From an uncultured Candidatus Saccharibacteria bacterium (GTDB lineage: Bacteria; Patescibacteriota; Minisyncoccia; Phycocordibacterales; UBA12088): a stretch of DNA of 44,372 nt. The DNA lies in NCBI GenBank assembly GCA_964459075.1, contig CAYWKE010000004.1, positions 1 to 44,372 on the forward strand, in the 5' to 3' direction. The first letter of the stretch is position 1; each line of letters opens with the position of its first letter. A program made the translations under genes and the position numbers. The notes under the pieces were generated by a model, which did no database searches, was not told where the DNA came from, and saw nothing but the letters and a program-made list of their open reading frames with translations. Below, piece by piece: positions 8,970 to 17,996 of this stretch.

Positions 8970-10214
8970 ATGTCTCGACCTCTCTACGTGAGTATGAGCG
9001 CCGTCCTTGTGGGAGTGGCGTTCTTCGCTGGTCTACAGCTCGGCTCACAGGACACCGAAGCAAGCGTGCTTGCCTCCCTCTCTTTCACAAGCTACGAGCA
9101 GCCAGAAGACCTCGATTTCTCGGCCTTTTGGAAAGCGTGGCATCTCCTTGAGGAGAAGTACAGTCCCGCGACGACGAGTGACTCGATCACCAATGATGAG
9201 AGGGTTTGGGGGGCGATCGAGGGTCTTGCAAAGAGCTACGATGATCCGTACACGCTCTTCCTGCCACCTGCTGATGCAACGATGTTTGAGGAGGATATCA
9301 GCGGTGCGTTCGGTGGTGTGGGTATGGAAGTGGGGATGCGCGACGGCCTCATCACTATCATAGCGCCGTTGAAAGATACACCCGCCGAAGAGGCCGGCTT
9401 GCGAGCCATGGACCGCATCATCACGATCGACGATGTTACCACGAAGGGGATGTCGATCGATGAAGCCATTCGCCTCATTCGAGGTGAGATCGGTACCGAG
9501 GTCGTGCTTGGCATCGCACGTGAGTCGGAAGGTGAACTGCTTGAGATACCGGTCACCCGCGGCGAGATACGCATCCCGACCGTCGAAACGACCGCGCGAC
9601 CGGATGGGGTCTTTGTCATCGAGCTCTACAACTTCGGTCGCACGGCTCCCCAGGAGTTCCAGCAAGCACTGCGCGAGTTCATCCTCTCCGGTTCTACCGA
9701 TCTTGTGATCGATCTGCGCAGCAACCCTGGTGGGTACATGGAAGCGGCAGTCGACGTGGCGAGCTGGTTCTTGCCGATGGGAAAGATCATCGTGCAAGAG
9801 AAGTTTGGCTCAGAAGGTCACAACACCGTGCACCGCAGTCGGGGGTACAACATCTACCGCGATCACTGGAACATCGTCGTCCTGATCAACGAAGGTTCGG
9901 CCTCTGCATCTGAGATCGTTGCGGGAGCACTGAGTGAACATGATCGAGCGACCCTCATCGGCAAGCAGACCTTCGGCAAGGGGTCGGTGCAGGAGTTGGT
10001 CGACGTGACGCCGTCGACGTCGCTGAAGGTGACGGTCGCTCGGTGGCTCACGCCGTTGGGTAACTCCATCTCACCTGATGGGTTGGCGCCTGATATCGAG
10101 GTCGACCTCACCGTGGAGGATCTTGAGGCAGACCGCGACCCGCAACTTGAAAAAGCCGTCGAATTCCTGTTGAATGGCGCAGTACTGCCCGAAACGCAGG
10201 ACGTATCAGACTAA
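8970..10214 (+). CDS. ctpA: Carboxy-terminal processing (S41) peptidase with PDZ domain
   Basis: TM anchor, PDZ region, S41 serine context NEGSASASEIVAGAL. Start at MSRPLYV is supported by the adjacent -10. Confidence 0.9.
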   Translation: MSRPLYVSMSAVLVGVAFFAGLQLGSQDTEASVLASLSFTSYEQPEDLDFSAFWKAWHLLEEKYSPATTSDSITNDERVWGAIEGLAKSYDDPYTLFLPPADATMFEEDISGAFGGVGMEVGMRDGLITIIAPLKDTPAEEAGLRAMDRIITIDDVTTKGMSIDEAIRLIRGEIGTEVVLGIARESEGELLEIPVTRGEIRIPTVETTARPDGVFVIELYNFGRTAPQEFQQALREFILSGSTDLVIDLRSNPGGYMEAAVDVASWFLPMGKIIVQEKFGSEGHNTVHRSRGYNIYRDHWNIVVLINEGSASASEIVAGALSEHDRATLIGKQTFGKGSVQELVDVTPSTSLKVTVARWLTPLGNSISPDGLAPDIEVDLTVEDLEADRDPQLEKAVEFLLNGAVLPETQDVSD

Positions 10215-10224
10215 CACCACACAT

Positions 10225-10671
10225 ATGCAGGTCATTCTCCTTGCCGATGTACCAAAGATCGGCCACAAGTTCGAAGTGAAGCAGGTCGCAGACGGATTCG
10301 CACGCAACAACCTCATTCCACGAAAGCTCGCTGAGATGGCGACCCCGGCCAAGCTGGCTGCCATCAAAGCAAAGCAAGCATCGGCCGAGCTGCAGCACGC
10401 AGCTGATGTCGCAGGGCTCAAGAAGCAATTTGAGACGATCGCGGGGCAATCGCTCCACCTGCACGCCAAAGCCAACGAACAGGGTCACCTCTACCAGGGA
10501 CTCAAGGCTGAGGATATCGTCGCGTGCGTGAATGAGAAGCTCAGCACTCGCATTGCCCCCGCACACGTCACGCGGCAAGAGCCAATCAAGGAGGTGGGTG
10601 ACCACGAGATCGAGCTCGCGTACGAGGATCTTTCGTCAACCTTTACCCTGGTGGTGAAGGGGGAGGAGTAG
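10225..10671 (+). CDS. rplI: 50S ribosomal protein L9
   Basis: MQVILLADVPKIGHKFEVKQVADGFARNNLIP is a typical L9 N-domain. Confidence 0.93.
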   Translation: MQVILLADVPKIGHKFEVKQVADGFARNNLIPRKLAEMATPAKLAAIKAKQASAELQHAADVAGLKKQFETIAGQSLHLHAKANEQGHLYQGLKAEDIVACVNEKLSTRIAPAHVTRQEPIKEVGDHEIELAYEDLSSTFTLVVKGEE

Positions 10672-10705
10672 ATGTCATCACCTTTTCGATACAACACTAA
10701 GCAAC

Positions 10706-10729
10706 AACCCCCGCCGTACGGCGGGGGTT
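10706..10729. terminator. Bidirectional hairpin between convergent rplI and rpmA
   Basis: AACCCCCGCC gtac GGCGGGGGTT, a 10-bp GC-rich stem. Confidence 0.65.
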
Positions 10730-10732
10730 GCG

Positions 10733-11005
10733 CTACTCGACGTCGACAACCTTCTTCTTCATAGTCTTTCCATTGAAGTGGGTCTTGCGCTTCTCGCGGA
10801 AGGAAATCGTACCTTCGGATGTTGCAAAGAGCGTGTAATCCTTACCGGCGCGTACGTTCTTGCCCGGGAGGATCTTAGAACCGCGCTGGCGCACGATGAC
10901 CGAGCCCGCTTGCGCTTTCTGGCCTGCGTAGAGCTTGGTGCCGAGATATTTCGGATTCGAGTTGCGGAGATTTTTCGCGGTTCCACCCGCTTTTCTTGTT
11001 GCCAT
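10733..11005 (-). CDS. rpmA: 50S ribosomal protein L27
   Basis: MATRKAGGTAKNLRNSNPKYLGTKLYAGQ... is canonical L27. Confidence 0.96.
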   Translation of the reverse strand: MATRKAGGTAKNLRNSNPKYLGTKLYAGQKAQAGSVIVRQRGSKILPGKNVRAGKDYTLFATSEGTISFREKRKTHFNGKTMKKKVVDVE

Positions 11006-11062
11006 AGGTGATTCGTGTTGCTATTCCTTGCGTTTATGGCCCACCGGCCCGAAAATTGAGGT

Positions 11063-11449
11063 GTGGGAACTATAGCAGACTTCCTCAAACGTGACAAGGT
11101 GCGGGACTTCCTGGGCGTCCTCATTATCATTCTGGTAGCAGTGGTCTCGTTCGGCCTCGGGAAGCTCTCCGAGCAGGAGCGGGAGCGCGGTGGAGAGAGA
11201 ACGCCCGTGCGTATCGAGGGAGCAGCAGCTGCTATCTCTGCGCTCGATACGAGCGAGACAGAAGGAACGGCCCCTACACCCTATCCTGAGGGCAAATTCG
11301 TTGCCTCACGCAACAGCGACGTGTTTCATTTCCCGTGGTGCCCGGGGGCAGCGCGCATCAGCGAAGCGAACAAGGTGTGGTATCCGAGCAGGGAAGCGGC
11401 GGAGGCCGCGGGCCTGCGGCCCGCGGCCAACTGCAAGGGTCTTGAGTAG
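11063..11449 (+). CDS. Membrane-anchored protein with C-terminal Ada-Zn-binding-like (sunset-type) motif
   Basis: N-terminal TM segment. C-terminal FHFPWCPGAARISEANKVWYPSREAAEAAGLRPAANC resembles the YHxxxC...I...N...F.S..EA..AGYRPC motif. GTG start is uncertain. Confidence 0.55.
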   Translation: MGTIADFLKRDKVRDFLGVLIIILVAVVSFGLGKLSEQERERGGERTPVRIEGAAAAISALDTSETEGTAPTPYPEGKFVASRNSDVFHFPWCPGAARISEANKVWYPSREAAEAAGLRPAANCKGLE

Positions 11450-11450
11450 C

Positions 11451-11459
11451 TGGTATACT
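11451..11459 (+). promoter_or_regulatory. Extended -10 (TGgTATACT) 7 nt upstream of the exonuclease ATG
   Basis: TGGTATACTGGCACTC then ATG at 11467. Confidence 0.45.
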
Positions 11460-11466
11460 GGCACTC

Positions 11467-12057
11467 ATGCTTGTGCTCGACATCGAAGCCAGTGGCACCA
11501 ACTACGAGAAGCACTCGATCGTCTCGTTGGGGGCGCTTGACCTCGAGAACCCGGATAATCGCCTCTACCTTGAGTGTCGGGTGTGGGACGGGGCGCACAT
11601 TGATGAGGGGGCGCTTGAGGTGAACGGCTTCACCGAATCGGAGCTCCTCGATGAGAACAAGATGAGTGAGGAGGAGCTCCTGCGAAATTTCTTGGGCTGG
11701 GCCGAAGGGGTGCGTGACCGTACCTTGGCAGGGCAGAACGTCTCCTTCGACCGCGACTTCGTGCGTGCGGCGTGCTTGCGCTACGGTGAGGAGTTCCCGT
11801 TTGCGTACCGCACCATCGATACCCATACCCTCGCGTACATGCACATGGTGAAAGCGGGGATCACACCACCCTTCGATGAGGAGCATCGCCGCTCTGCACT
11901 GAATCTCGACGCCGTCCTCAACTACGTCGGCATCCCTGACGAACCCGAGCCGCACAACGCGCTCACGGGCGCACTCTCTCACGCAGAGGTCATTTCGCGG
12001 CTCCTGTATGAGAAGAAACTGCTGCCTGAGTTTACGCAATTCGATACCCCATTTTGA
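11467..12057 (+). CDS. DEDDh-type 3'-5' exonuclease (DnaQ/epsilon-like)
   Basis: Exo I LVLDIEASG, Exo II GQNVSFDRDF, Exo III-like H...HNALTGALSHAE. Confidence 0.85.
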   Translation: MLVLDIEASGTNYEKHSIVSLGALDLENPDNRLYLECRVWDGAHIDEGALEVNGFTESELLDENKMSEEELLRNFLGWAEGVRDRTLAGQNVSFDRDFVRAACLRYGEEFPFAYRTIDTHTLAYMHMVKAGITPPFDEEHRRSALNLDAVLNYVGIPDEPEPHNALTGALSHAEVISRLLYEKKLLPEFTQFDTPF

Positions 12058-12060
12058 TCA

Positions 12061-13893
12061 ATGGCATACACCCCCATCCGCGATTACGCTCTCATCACCA
12101 ACCGCCGCTCAGCGGTTCTGGTCTCCAAGCACGGCTCCATCGATTGGGCGCCGGCACCCTTCATCGACAGCCCGTCGGTATTTGGCGCCTTGCTTGATGA
12201 GAACCAGGGCGGGTACTGGCGTATTCGTCCCTCGGGTGACTACTCGGTCGAGCAGTTCTACGTCGAGCGCACGAACATCATCGTCACCGAATTCACGACC
12301 CCAACCGGCATTCTTGAGGTGACCGACTACCTGCCGCTTGAGGAGGAGAAGTTCTACGTCCCCGCGACCGAGGACACCACGTTCAAGATCAAGCGTCGTG
12401 TGCGGTGTTTGGATGGCGAGGTTGAGGTTGAGATGCTGTTTGAGCCGCGTTTCGACTACGGCCGAGGAACGACCCGCATGAGTCCAATCGAGCGCGGCAT
12501 CTACGCCCAGCATAATGAGATGCACGGGGTCCTCGTGATTCACCAACCGTACGACCTCAACGAGAGTGCGGGGTTGGCGCGCAGTGTTTTCACCCTTCAA
12601 CAAGGGGAGAGCGACTTCATCGTATTCAGGTACAACGCAGGCGACGTCGACCTCCTTAAGGATAGCAACGAGCACCATGAGGAAGAACTCGAGCTCACCA
12701 TCAGCAAACACCGCTCGTGGTGCGATAAGTACGACCTGCCCAACGAGCAGGTGCCCTCGCGCTGGAAACGTCAGGTGCTCCGCTCCAAACTCGTCCTCAA
12801 GGCGCTCTTCTTTGAGCCAGTTGGCACGATCGCCGCCGCACCCACCACCTCCTTGCCCGAGTGGATAGGCGGGGTGCGCAACTGGGACTATCGCTTCACG
12901 TGGATACGCGACTCCTCCTTCGTCCTCGGAGCATTCTTTAAGCTCGGGCACGTCGCCGAAGCAGAGTCCTACCTCAACTGGCTCATCAACATCTGCTCCA
13001 TTGAGGGAGCAGAGAATCTGAAGATCATGTACGGCATGCGCTCGGAGGTCGACCTCGACGAGCAGATACTGCCGCATTTGGAGGGGTACCGACACAGCAA
13101 GCCCGTCCGCATTGGCAACGGGGCGCACGACCAGCGTCAGTGGGACATCTATGGGAGCGTTCTCAATGTTGCCTACCACCTCTACGAACTCAAAGGACAG
13201 CAGCCCGACATGCATCGATGGCGTACGTTCCGTGATATTGCGGACCACGTGTGTCGCGTATGGGAGGAGCCGGATGAGGGGTTGTGGGAGGTGCGTGGCG
13301 GCGCGCAGCGCTTCACCTACTCGGCTGTGATGAATTGGGTCGCACTGGATCGGGTCATTCGGCTCGCTGAAGAGTATGGCCTTGAGGGCGATATTGAGAC
13401 GTGGCGAGCGGAGAGGCGCCGTATTCACGATGCTATTTTGACCCAGGGCTGGAGCGAAGAGAAGCAGGCCTTCACGCAGGCGTTTGAGAGTGAGGAGCTC
13501 GATGCGGCGATACTCCTCATGCCGATCGTCGGCTTCATTGACGCGACCGATCCACGCTTTGTCTCGACCATGCGCGCCATCGAGCGTGAACTCTTGGTGA
13601 ACCACTGCCTCGTGTTGCGCTACATAGCAGAAGATGGTCTGCCGGGTCGTGAGGGGGCATTCCTGCTCTCCAGTTTTTGGTACGTGGATGCACTTGCGCT
13701 TGCAGGGGAGCTTCCTAAGGCGATCGAGCTCTTTGAGGAGCTGCTCACGTTTGCCAACCACGTCGGTCTCTACGCTGAGGAGATCCATCCCGAAACGCAC
13801 GAATTCCTCGGCAACTTCCCTCAGGCCTACACCCACATTGGGCTCATCAATAGCGCCTTGCTGCTGGAGCGCTTGAGACAACGCGGGGCGTAG
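12061..13893 (+). CDS. Glycoside hydrolase family 15 protein (glucoamylase/trehalase-related)
   Basis: N-terminal YALITNRRSAVLVSKHGSIDW and an (alpha/alpha)6 catalytic region with WDYRFTWIRDS and EEIHPETHEFLGNFPQAYTHIGLI; 610 aa. Confidence 0.88.
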   Translation: MAYTPIRDYALITNRRSAVLVSKHGSIDWAPAPFIDSPSVFGALLDENQGGYWRIRPSGDYSVEQFYVERTNIIVTEFTTPTGILEVTDYLPLEEEKFYVPATEDTTFKIKRRVRCLDGEVEVEMLFEPRFDYGRGTTRMSPIERGIYAQHNEMHGVLVIHQPYDLNESAGLARSVFTLQQGESDFIVFRYNAGDVDLLKDSNEHHEEELELTISKHRSWCDKYDLPNEQVPSRWKRQVLRSKLVLKALFFEPVGTIAAAPTTSLPEWIGGVRNWDYRFTWIRDSSFVLGAFFKLGHVAEAESYLNWLINICSIEGAENLKIMYGMRSEVDLDEQILPHLEGYRHSKPVRIGNGAHDQRQWDIYGSVLNVAYHLYELKGQQPDMHRWRTFRDIADHVCRVWEEPDEGLWEVRGGAQRFTYSAVMNWVALDRVIRLAEEYGLEGDIETWRAERRRIHDAILTQGWSEEKQAFTQAFESEELDAAILLMPIVGFIDATDPRFVSTMRAIERELLVNHCLVLRYIAEDGLPGREGAFLLSSFWYVDALALAGELPKAIELFEELLTFANHVGLYAEEIHPETHEFLGNFPQAYTHIGLINSALLLERLRQRGA

Positions 13894-13895
13894 TT

Positions 13896-13904
13896 TGCTA
13901 CACT
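13896..13904 (+). promoter_or_regulatory. Extended -10 (TGcTACACT) 7 nt upstream of the zwf ATG
   Basis: TTGCTACACTAGAGCCT then ATG at 13912. Confidence 0.45.
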
Positions 13905-13911
13905 AGAGCCT

Positions 13912-15309
13912 ATGACCCCAGAACAGAACACGCCCCTGTCCATCATCATCTTCGGCGCAACGGGGGACCTCGCCAAGAAGAAGCTCCTGCCCGCTCTGCT
14001 GGATCTCTCGTGCGCCGGGTTGCTTCCTACGCGCGTGCGTATTGTGGGGTTCTCGCGGCAGGATATGACCGACGAGGCGTTTCGTGCATTCGTCAAAGAC
14101 GCAATTGATGCTAGAGCACATGAACACCCACGCGAGAAGGTTGATGCGTACCTGCGCTCGATCACCTACTGTAGTGGCGATTTTACGCAGGAGGAGAGCT
14201 ACCACAAACTTGAGGACTACCTCGAGCACCTCGATGCGACCAATGGCCTGTGTACCAATAAGCTGCTCTACCTGTCAGTCCCGCCGACGCTCTACGAAAC
14301 CATATTTGAGCATGTCGCTGCGTCAGGTCTTGAAAAGAATTGTGGCGATCTGAATTGGGTGCGCATTGCCGTTGAGAAGCCCTTTGGGCGAGACAGTGAG
14401 ACGGCGCGCAAGCTCGACGAGAAGCTCGCATCACTCTTCTCAGAGGAGCAGATATTCCGCATCGATCACTACCTTGCGAAGGAGGCGCTGCAGAACATCC
14501 TTACCTTCCGCTTTAGCAACGTACTCTTTGAGCCAGTGTGGAATCGGGAATATATCGATCGTATTGAGATCGATTTCCATGAGAACTTCGGGGTGGGAAC
14601 GCGGGGTGCCTTCTACGAGGACATCGGCGCGCTGCGTGACGTGGGCCAAAACCACGTCCTGCAGATGCTTGCTTTGGTCGCACTCGAGAATCCGGGAGCG
14701 TTTACGGCCGAGGCAATTCGTACTGCACGAGAGGAGGTCCTCTCACGCCTGCGCTTGGCAGCAGAGCGTGAGATACGCAAGGGTCAGTATCGTTCGTACC
14801 ATGAAGAAGGTTCGGTAGCGGAAAATTCATCCACCGAAACCTACTTTCAGCTCACTCTTGGGATGGATTCAGAACGCTGGCGCGGAGTGCCGTTTGTTCT
14901 TTCGGGCGGCAAGATGCTCGGTGAGGATAGGATCGAGATACGCGTGTACTTCCGTGAGTCAGCAACATGCGTCTGTCACAATGAAGCGGAGCTGGGCACG
15001 CGAGGGAATGTGTTACGCTTCACGATGCGACCCACGGAGGAGATCGGGGTCACGCTTTGGGCCAAGCAGCGAGGCTTTTCGATGGACATTGAGGAGCAGC
15101 AAGTCATCATTCAGTATAAAGAGACCACGGGGCGCACACGTGACGCGTACGAGAAGATCCTCCTCGATGTGATCCGCGGTGACCAGACCCTGTTCACGAC
15201 GAGTCGCGAGGTTGCGGCTTCGTGGGGTCTCATTACCCCGATCATCGAAGGTTGGCACGGACAGAAGCCCTTCATCTACGACGATGGGTGGGTGCCGGAG
15301 CGTGGCTAG
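13912..15309 (+). CDS. zwf: Glucose-6-phosphate 1-dehydrogenase
   Basis: NADP motif FGATGDLAKKKL and active-site RIDHYLAKE. Confidence 0.95.
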   Translation: MTPEQNTPLSIIIFGATGDLAKKKLLPALLDLSCAGLLPTRVRIVGFSRQDMTDEAFRAFVKDAIDARAHEHPREKVDAYLRSITYCSGDFTQEESYHKLEDYLEHLDATNGLCTNKLLYLSVPPTLYETIFEHVAASGLEKNCGDLNWVRIAVEKPFGRDSETARKLDEKLASLFSEEQIFRIDHYLAKEALQNILTFRFSNVLFEPVWNREYIDRIEIDFHENFGVGTRGAFYEDIGALRDVGQNHVLQMLALVALENPGAFTAEAIRTAREEVLSRLRLAAEREIRKGQYRSYHEEGSVAENSSTETYFQLTLGMDSERWRGVPFVLSGGKMLGEDRIEIRVYFRESATCVCHNEAELGTRGNVLRFTMRPTEEIGVTLWAKQRGFSMDIEEQQVIIQYKETTGRTRDAYEKILLDVIRGDQTLFTTSREVAASWGLITPIIEGWHGQKPFIYDDGWVPERG

Positions 15310-15377
15310 TTGCGTGAAGTGAGACGGCATGGTCTACTTTTCGGCAGACCAATCACCGGACAGAAAGGAATCTCCCG

Positions 15378-16280
15378 ATGGGTGTCGGACTCGACTACCA
15401 CCTTGCTCCCATGAACACAGCGAAACTGACTCGCATCTACGGGCCTGGTAGCGAACGTTTTGTGCAGAGCGATCTTGCTCGCTCGCGGCTCGCACAAATT
15501 CTTTTCTCGGCCCAAGCAGCCGCAGAGAGCTACTGTATTGGGCGTCATTCGGGGTGGGAATTGTTGTGGCGTAGGGTGTTGCGAGAGACGCACAGGTGTG
15601 TCGCAGGAGCCAGGGGCCTCGATCACCTTCTACCACGTATCGAAGAAGCTTTGACCGCGCTCGATGCCATTGACATAGGCTCCTGTCTGTACGAAGAGAC
15701 GGTACCTGCTCTTGAGGGTATGGTGTCCTGCGTTGGTCCTGGCAACGTACTCCTGTTCACCCAGGGCTGCCCGCGACATCAACTGTCCAAAGTACAAGGA
15801 AGCGACGTTCTTGGGATCATTGGCCGCAGCGAAAGCGAGTTCGATACTATCGGCGGGGACAAGTATCTAACACTCTGCAGGATCAATGCAGCCGTGTCTG
15901 GGCGCACGCTCTTTATCGTTGACGATTCTCCGTCTGTGCACGAGAAGGTAGCTGCAGCGCTTCCCCCAGAAGCGCATTGGCTGTCGTTGTGTGTGCGTAC
16001 TGGTCATCAACGGGGAATAGATGGACCTATGCTTGGTGGCTCTTCGCGGGTGCTTGATTCCGTGAGGCGCCGTCTTGATTCGATGAATATTTCGCAAGAA
16101 GAATACGCTCCCCGCATCACGCTCTCGCACGCCCAAGCTGTTCTGTCGTGGCTGAGTGAGATGAGAAGGAATCCCCGGGTCCTACTTGATTGCGACGGTA
16201 CGCTTTGGAACAACGGAAGGATGCGTGTGTTGCAGGCCGAGGCACTCCTTCCGTTCATCATTCGCGCGATCAGAGTGTGA
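15378..16280 (+). CDS. Hypothetical protein with HAD-superfamily-like motifs in unusual order
   Basis: 300-aa ORF, last gene of the zwf unit. Contains VLLFTQG (motif II-like), GGDKYL (K) and LFIVDDSPSV (motif IV-like). A DxDGT motif-I-like VLLDCDGTLWN sits only 30 aa from the C-terminus. Confidence 0.55.
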   Translation: MGVGLDYHLAPMNTAKLTRIYGPGSERFVQSDLARSRLAQILFSAQAAAESYCIGRHSGWELLWRRVLRETHRCVAGARGLDHLLPRIEEALTALDAIDIGSCLYEETVPALEGMVSCVGPGNVLLFTQGCPRHQLSKVQGSDVLGIIGRSESEFDTIGGDKYLTLCRINAAVSGRTLFIVDDSPSVHEKVAAALPPEAHWLSLCVRTGHQRGIDGPMLGGSSRVLDSVRRRLDSMNISQEEYAPRITLSHAQAVLSWLSEMRRNPRVLLDCDGTLWNNGRMRVLQAEALLPFIIRAIRV

Positions 16281-16286
16281 TCGCTT

Positions 16287-16330
16287 GCGGCGAGTTCCCC
16301 CTTTCGGGTGAACTCGCCGCGCTTGTTTTT
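16287..16330 (+). terminator. Rho-independent terminator after the zwf unit
   Basis: GCGGCGAGTTC / GAACTCGCCGC 11-bp stem (further CCC/GGG pairs inside) followed by GCTTGTTTTT. Confidence 0.8.
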
Positions 16331-16338
16331 GGTATAGT
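16330..16338 (+). promoter_or_regulatory. Extended -10 (TGgTATAGT) upstream of gnd
   Basis: TGGTATAGT lies directly after the terminator U-tract; the ATG is at 16372, giving a leader of roughly 27 nt. Confidence 0.45.
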
Positions 16339-16371
16339 GGAAGGGTACTCGTCTAATACTAATACAGTTTT

Positions 16372-17271
16372 ATGCGCATAGGATTCATCGGACTCGGACG
16401 CATGGGAGCGAACATGGTGGCGCTTCTGCTTGAGAAGGGGCACGAAGTGGTCGCGTTTGATATCAACCTAGAGGCAGTTGAGGAAGCGAAGGGAAGAGGG
16501 GCGACGGGTGCTAGCTCGATCGCTGGGGTGGTCGAACACTTGGAAACACCGCGAACCGTCTTTGTCATGGTGCAGCGAAAGCACGTGCAGGGCGTCATCG
16601 ATGAGCTCTCGCCACTCCTTTCAGAAGGGGACACGATCGTTGATAGCGGCAACACATTCTACAAAGAGACACTTGAGCGTGTCGCGGCAGCAAAAGAGCA
16701 GGGACTCAACTTCATCGATGTGGGCGTCTCAGGTGGCACTGAGCGGGCGCGTACGGGAGCGACGTTGATGGTCGGGGGGCCAAAAGAGGTGGTCGCTCAC
16801 CTTGAGCCTGTCTTTCGCGACCTAGCGCAAGACGGCGGCTATGGCCACATGGGTGAGAGCGGCGCAGGGCATTTTGTAAAGATGGTTCACAACGGCATTG
16901 AGTATGGCATGATGCAGGCCATCGGCGAGGGTATGCAAGCCATTGATGAAGCGAAGGCGCAGTTTGGGACCGACCTGGGGATCGTGCTCAGGGTCTACAA
17001 TCACGGCTCCATTGTGGAGAGTTCACTCGTGGCGTGGAGCTTGCGTGCGTGGGAAAAGGACCCGGGCCTCAGCGAGATAGAGGGTTCGGTTCCCACAGGT
17101 GACACCGAGGCCGAAATGGAATCACTGAATGAACTAGCGCACATGCCGGCATTGGATGTGGCGCTCGCAGAGCGCAAGAAGAGCCGCGCGCATCCTTCGT
17201 TCTCAGGCAAGTTCGTCGCCGCGATGCGCAACGAGTTCGGTAGCCATACCGTGAACAAAAAACAGAGCTAG
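16372..17271 (+). CDS. gnd: 6-phosphogluconate dehydrogenase, short (~300 aa) form
   Basis: Rossmann start MRIGFIGLGRMGANM; GAGHFVKMVHNGIEYGMMQAIGEG. Confidence 0.9.
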   Translation: MRIGFIGLGRMGANMVALLLEKGHEVVAFDINLEAVEEAKGRGATGASSIAGVVEHLETPRTVFVMVQRKHVQGVIDELSPLLSEGDTIVDSGNTFYKETLERVAAAKEQGLNFIDVGVSGGTERARTGATLMVGGPKEVVAHLEPVFRDLAQDGGYGHMGESGAGHFVKMVHNGIEYGMMQAIGEGMQAIDEAKAQFGTDLGIVLRVYNHGSIVESSLVAWSLRAWEKDPGLSEIEGSVPTGDTEAEMESLNELAHMPALDVALAERKKSRAHPSFSGKFVAAMRNEFGSHTVNKKQS

Positions 17272-17274
17272 GAC

Positions 17275-17982
17275 ATGGCAGTCATCTGGCACCACGAAGA
17301 AGATATCGGTGTGCGTGCGGCACGGTGCCTCGCTGAGACACTCCGCACACATGCAGAAGAGGGAACACCCGTGCTCTTGCTCCTCTCGGGTGGTTCGTGG
17401 TTCTCGATCATTGACCCGGTGCGCGTGCCTGAAGGATGCGACCTCACGATTGGCATGCTCGATGAGCGATTCAGTGAGGATGGCTCGTTCAACAACTTCG
17501 CCCAACTATCGGAAACTCACTTTTTCAAGGCACTGCCAGAGCGGGTCGCGCTTCTCGACTCGCGCGTGCACACCGGAGAGACCCGAGCTGCGCACGCGTC
17601 GCGATTTGAACAGGGAATAAGCGACTGGTGTGATGCTCACCCCGAAGGGATCATCGTTGTCACCATGGGACTTGGTGTGGATGGACACACAGCAGGCGTG
17701 CTGCCGGGCGTGTACGATGAACAGACGTTCACAGAGCTCTTCCTTGAGACTGATGTGTGGGTGCGCGACTACTCCGTTCCTCCTGAGGTGAATGAGCACA
17801 CACAGCGGGTGACGGTCACGCTTGCATTCCTGCGCGAGCACGTCGATCACGCCATCCTCTTTGCGCGAGGCAAAGCACAGCAGGTCGCTGCACTCAAGGC
17901 GCGTGAGCGGCGTGTGCATGAGGTGCCCGGACTCATCGTGCACGAGATGCAGCTCGTGGATATCTTCGCAGAGGGTGCGTGA
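17275..17982 (+). CDS. pgl: 6-phosphogluconolactonase
   Basis: LLLSGGS, GMLDERF and GLGVDGHTAG motifs of the SugarP_isomerase/6PGL family. Confidence 0.87.
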   Translation: MAVIWHHEEDIGVRAARCLAETLRTHAEEGTPVLLLLSGGSWFSIIDPVRVPEGCDLTIGMLDERFSEDGSFNNFAQLSETHFFKALPERVALLDSRVHTGETRAAHASRFEQGISDWCDAHPEGIIVVTMGLGVDGHTAGVLPGVYDEQTFTELFLETDVWVRDYSVPPEVNEHTQRVTVTLAFLREHVDHAILFARGKAQQVAALKARERRVHEVPGLIVHEMQLVDIFAEGA

Positions 17983-17988
17983 TATACT
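17980..17988 (+). promoter_or_regulatory. Extended -10 (TGaTATACT) inside the pgl 3' end, 8 nt upstream of the LOG-family ATG
   Basis: GTGATATACTTAGAGCAA then ATG at 17997. Confidence 0.4.
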
Positions 17989-17996
17989 TAGAGCAA

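Noticed and set aside
9045-9797. 250-aa ORF antisense to ctpA, and similar antisense ORFs at 4300-4827, 5394-5927, 6302-6835, 8249-8950, 11326-12039, 17506-18111 and 25294-25977
   Set aside because: Each overlaps a gene with strong family motifs on the other strand. Long shadow ORFs are expected at this GC content.
12109-13881. 590-aa ORF antisense to the GH15 gene
   Set aside because: The plus-strand frame has clear GH15 motifs. The antisense ORF is a high-GC shadow frame with Arg/Val/Leu-rich, family-less sequence.
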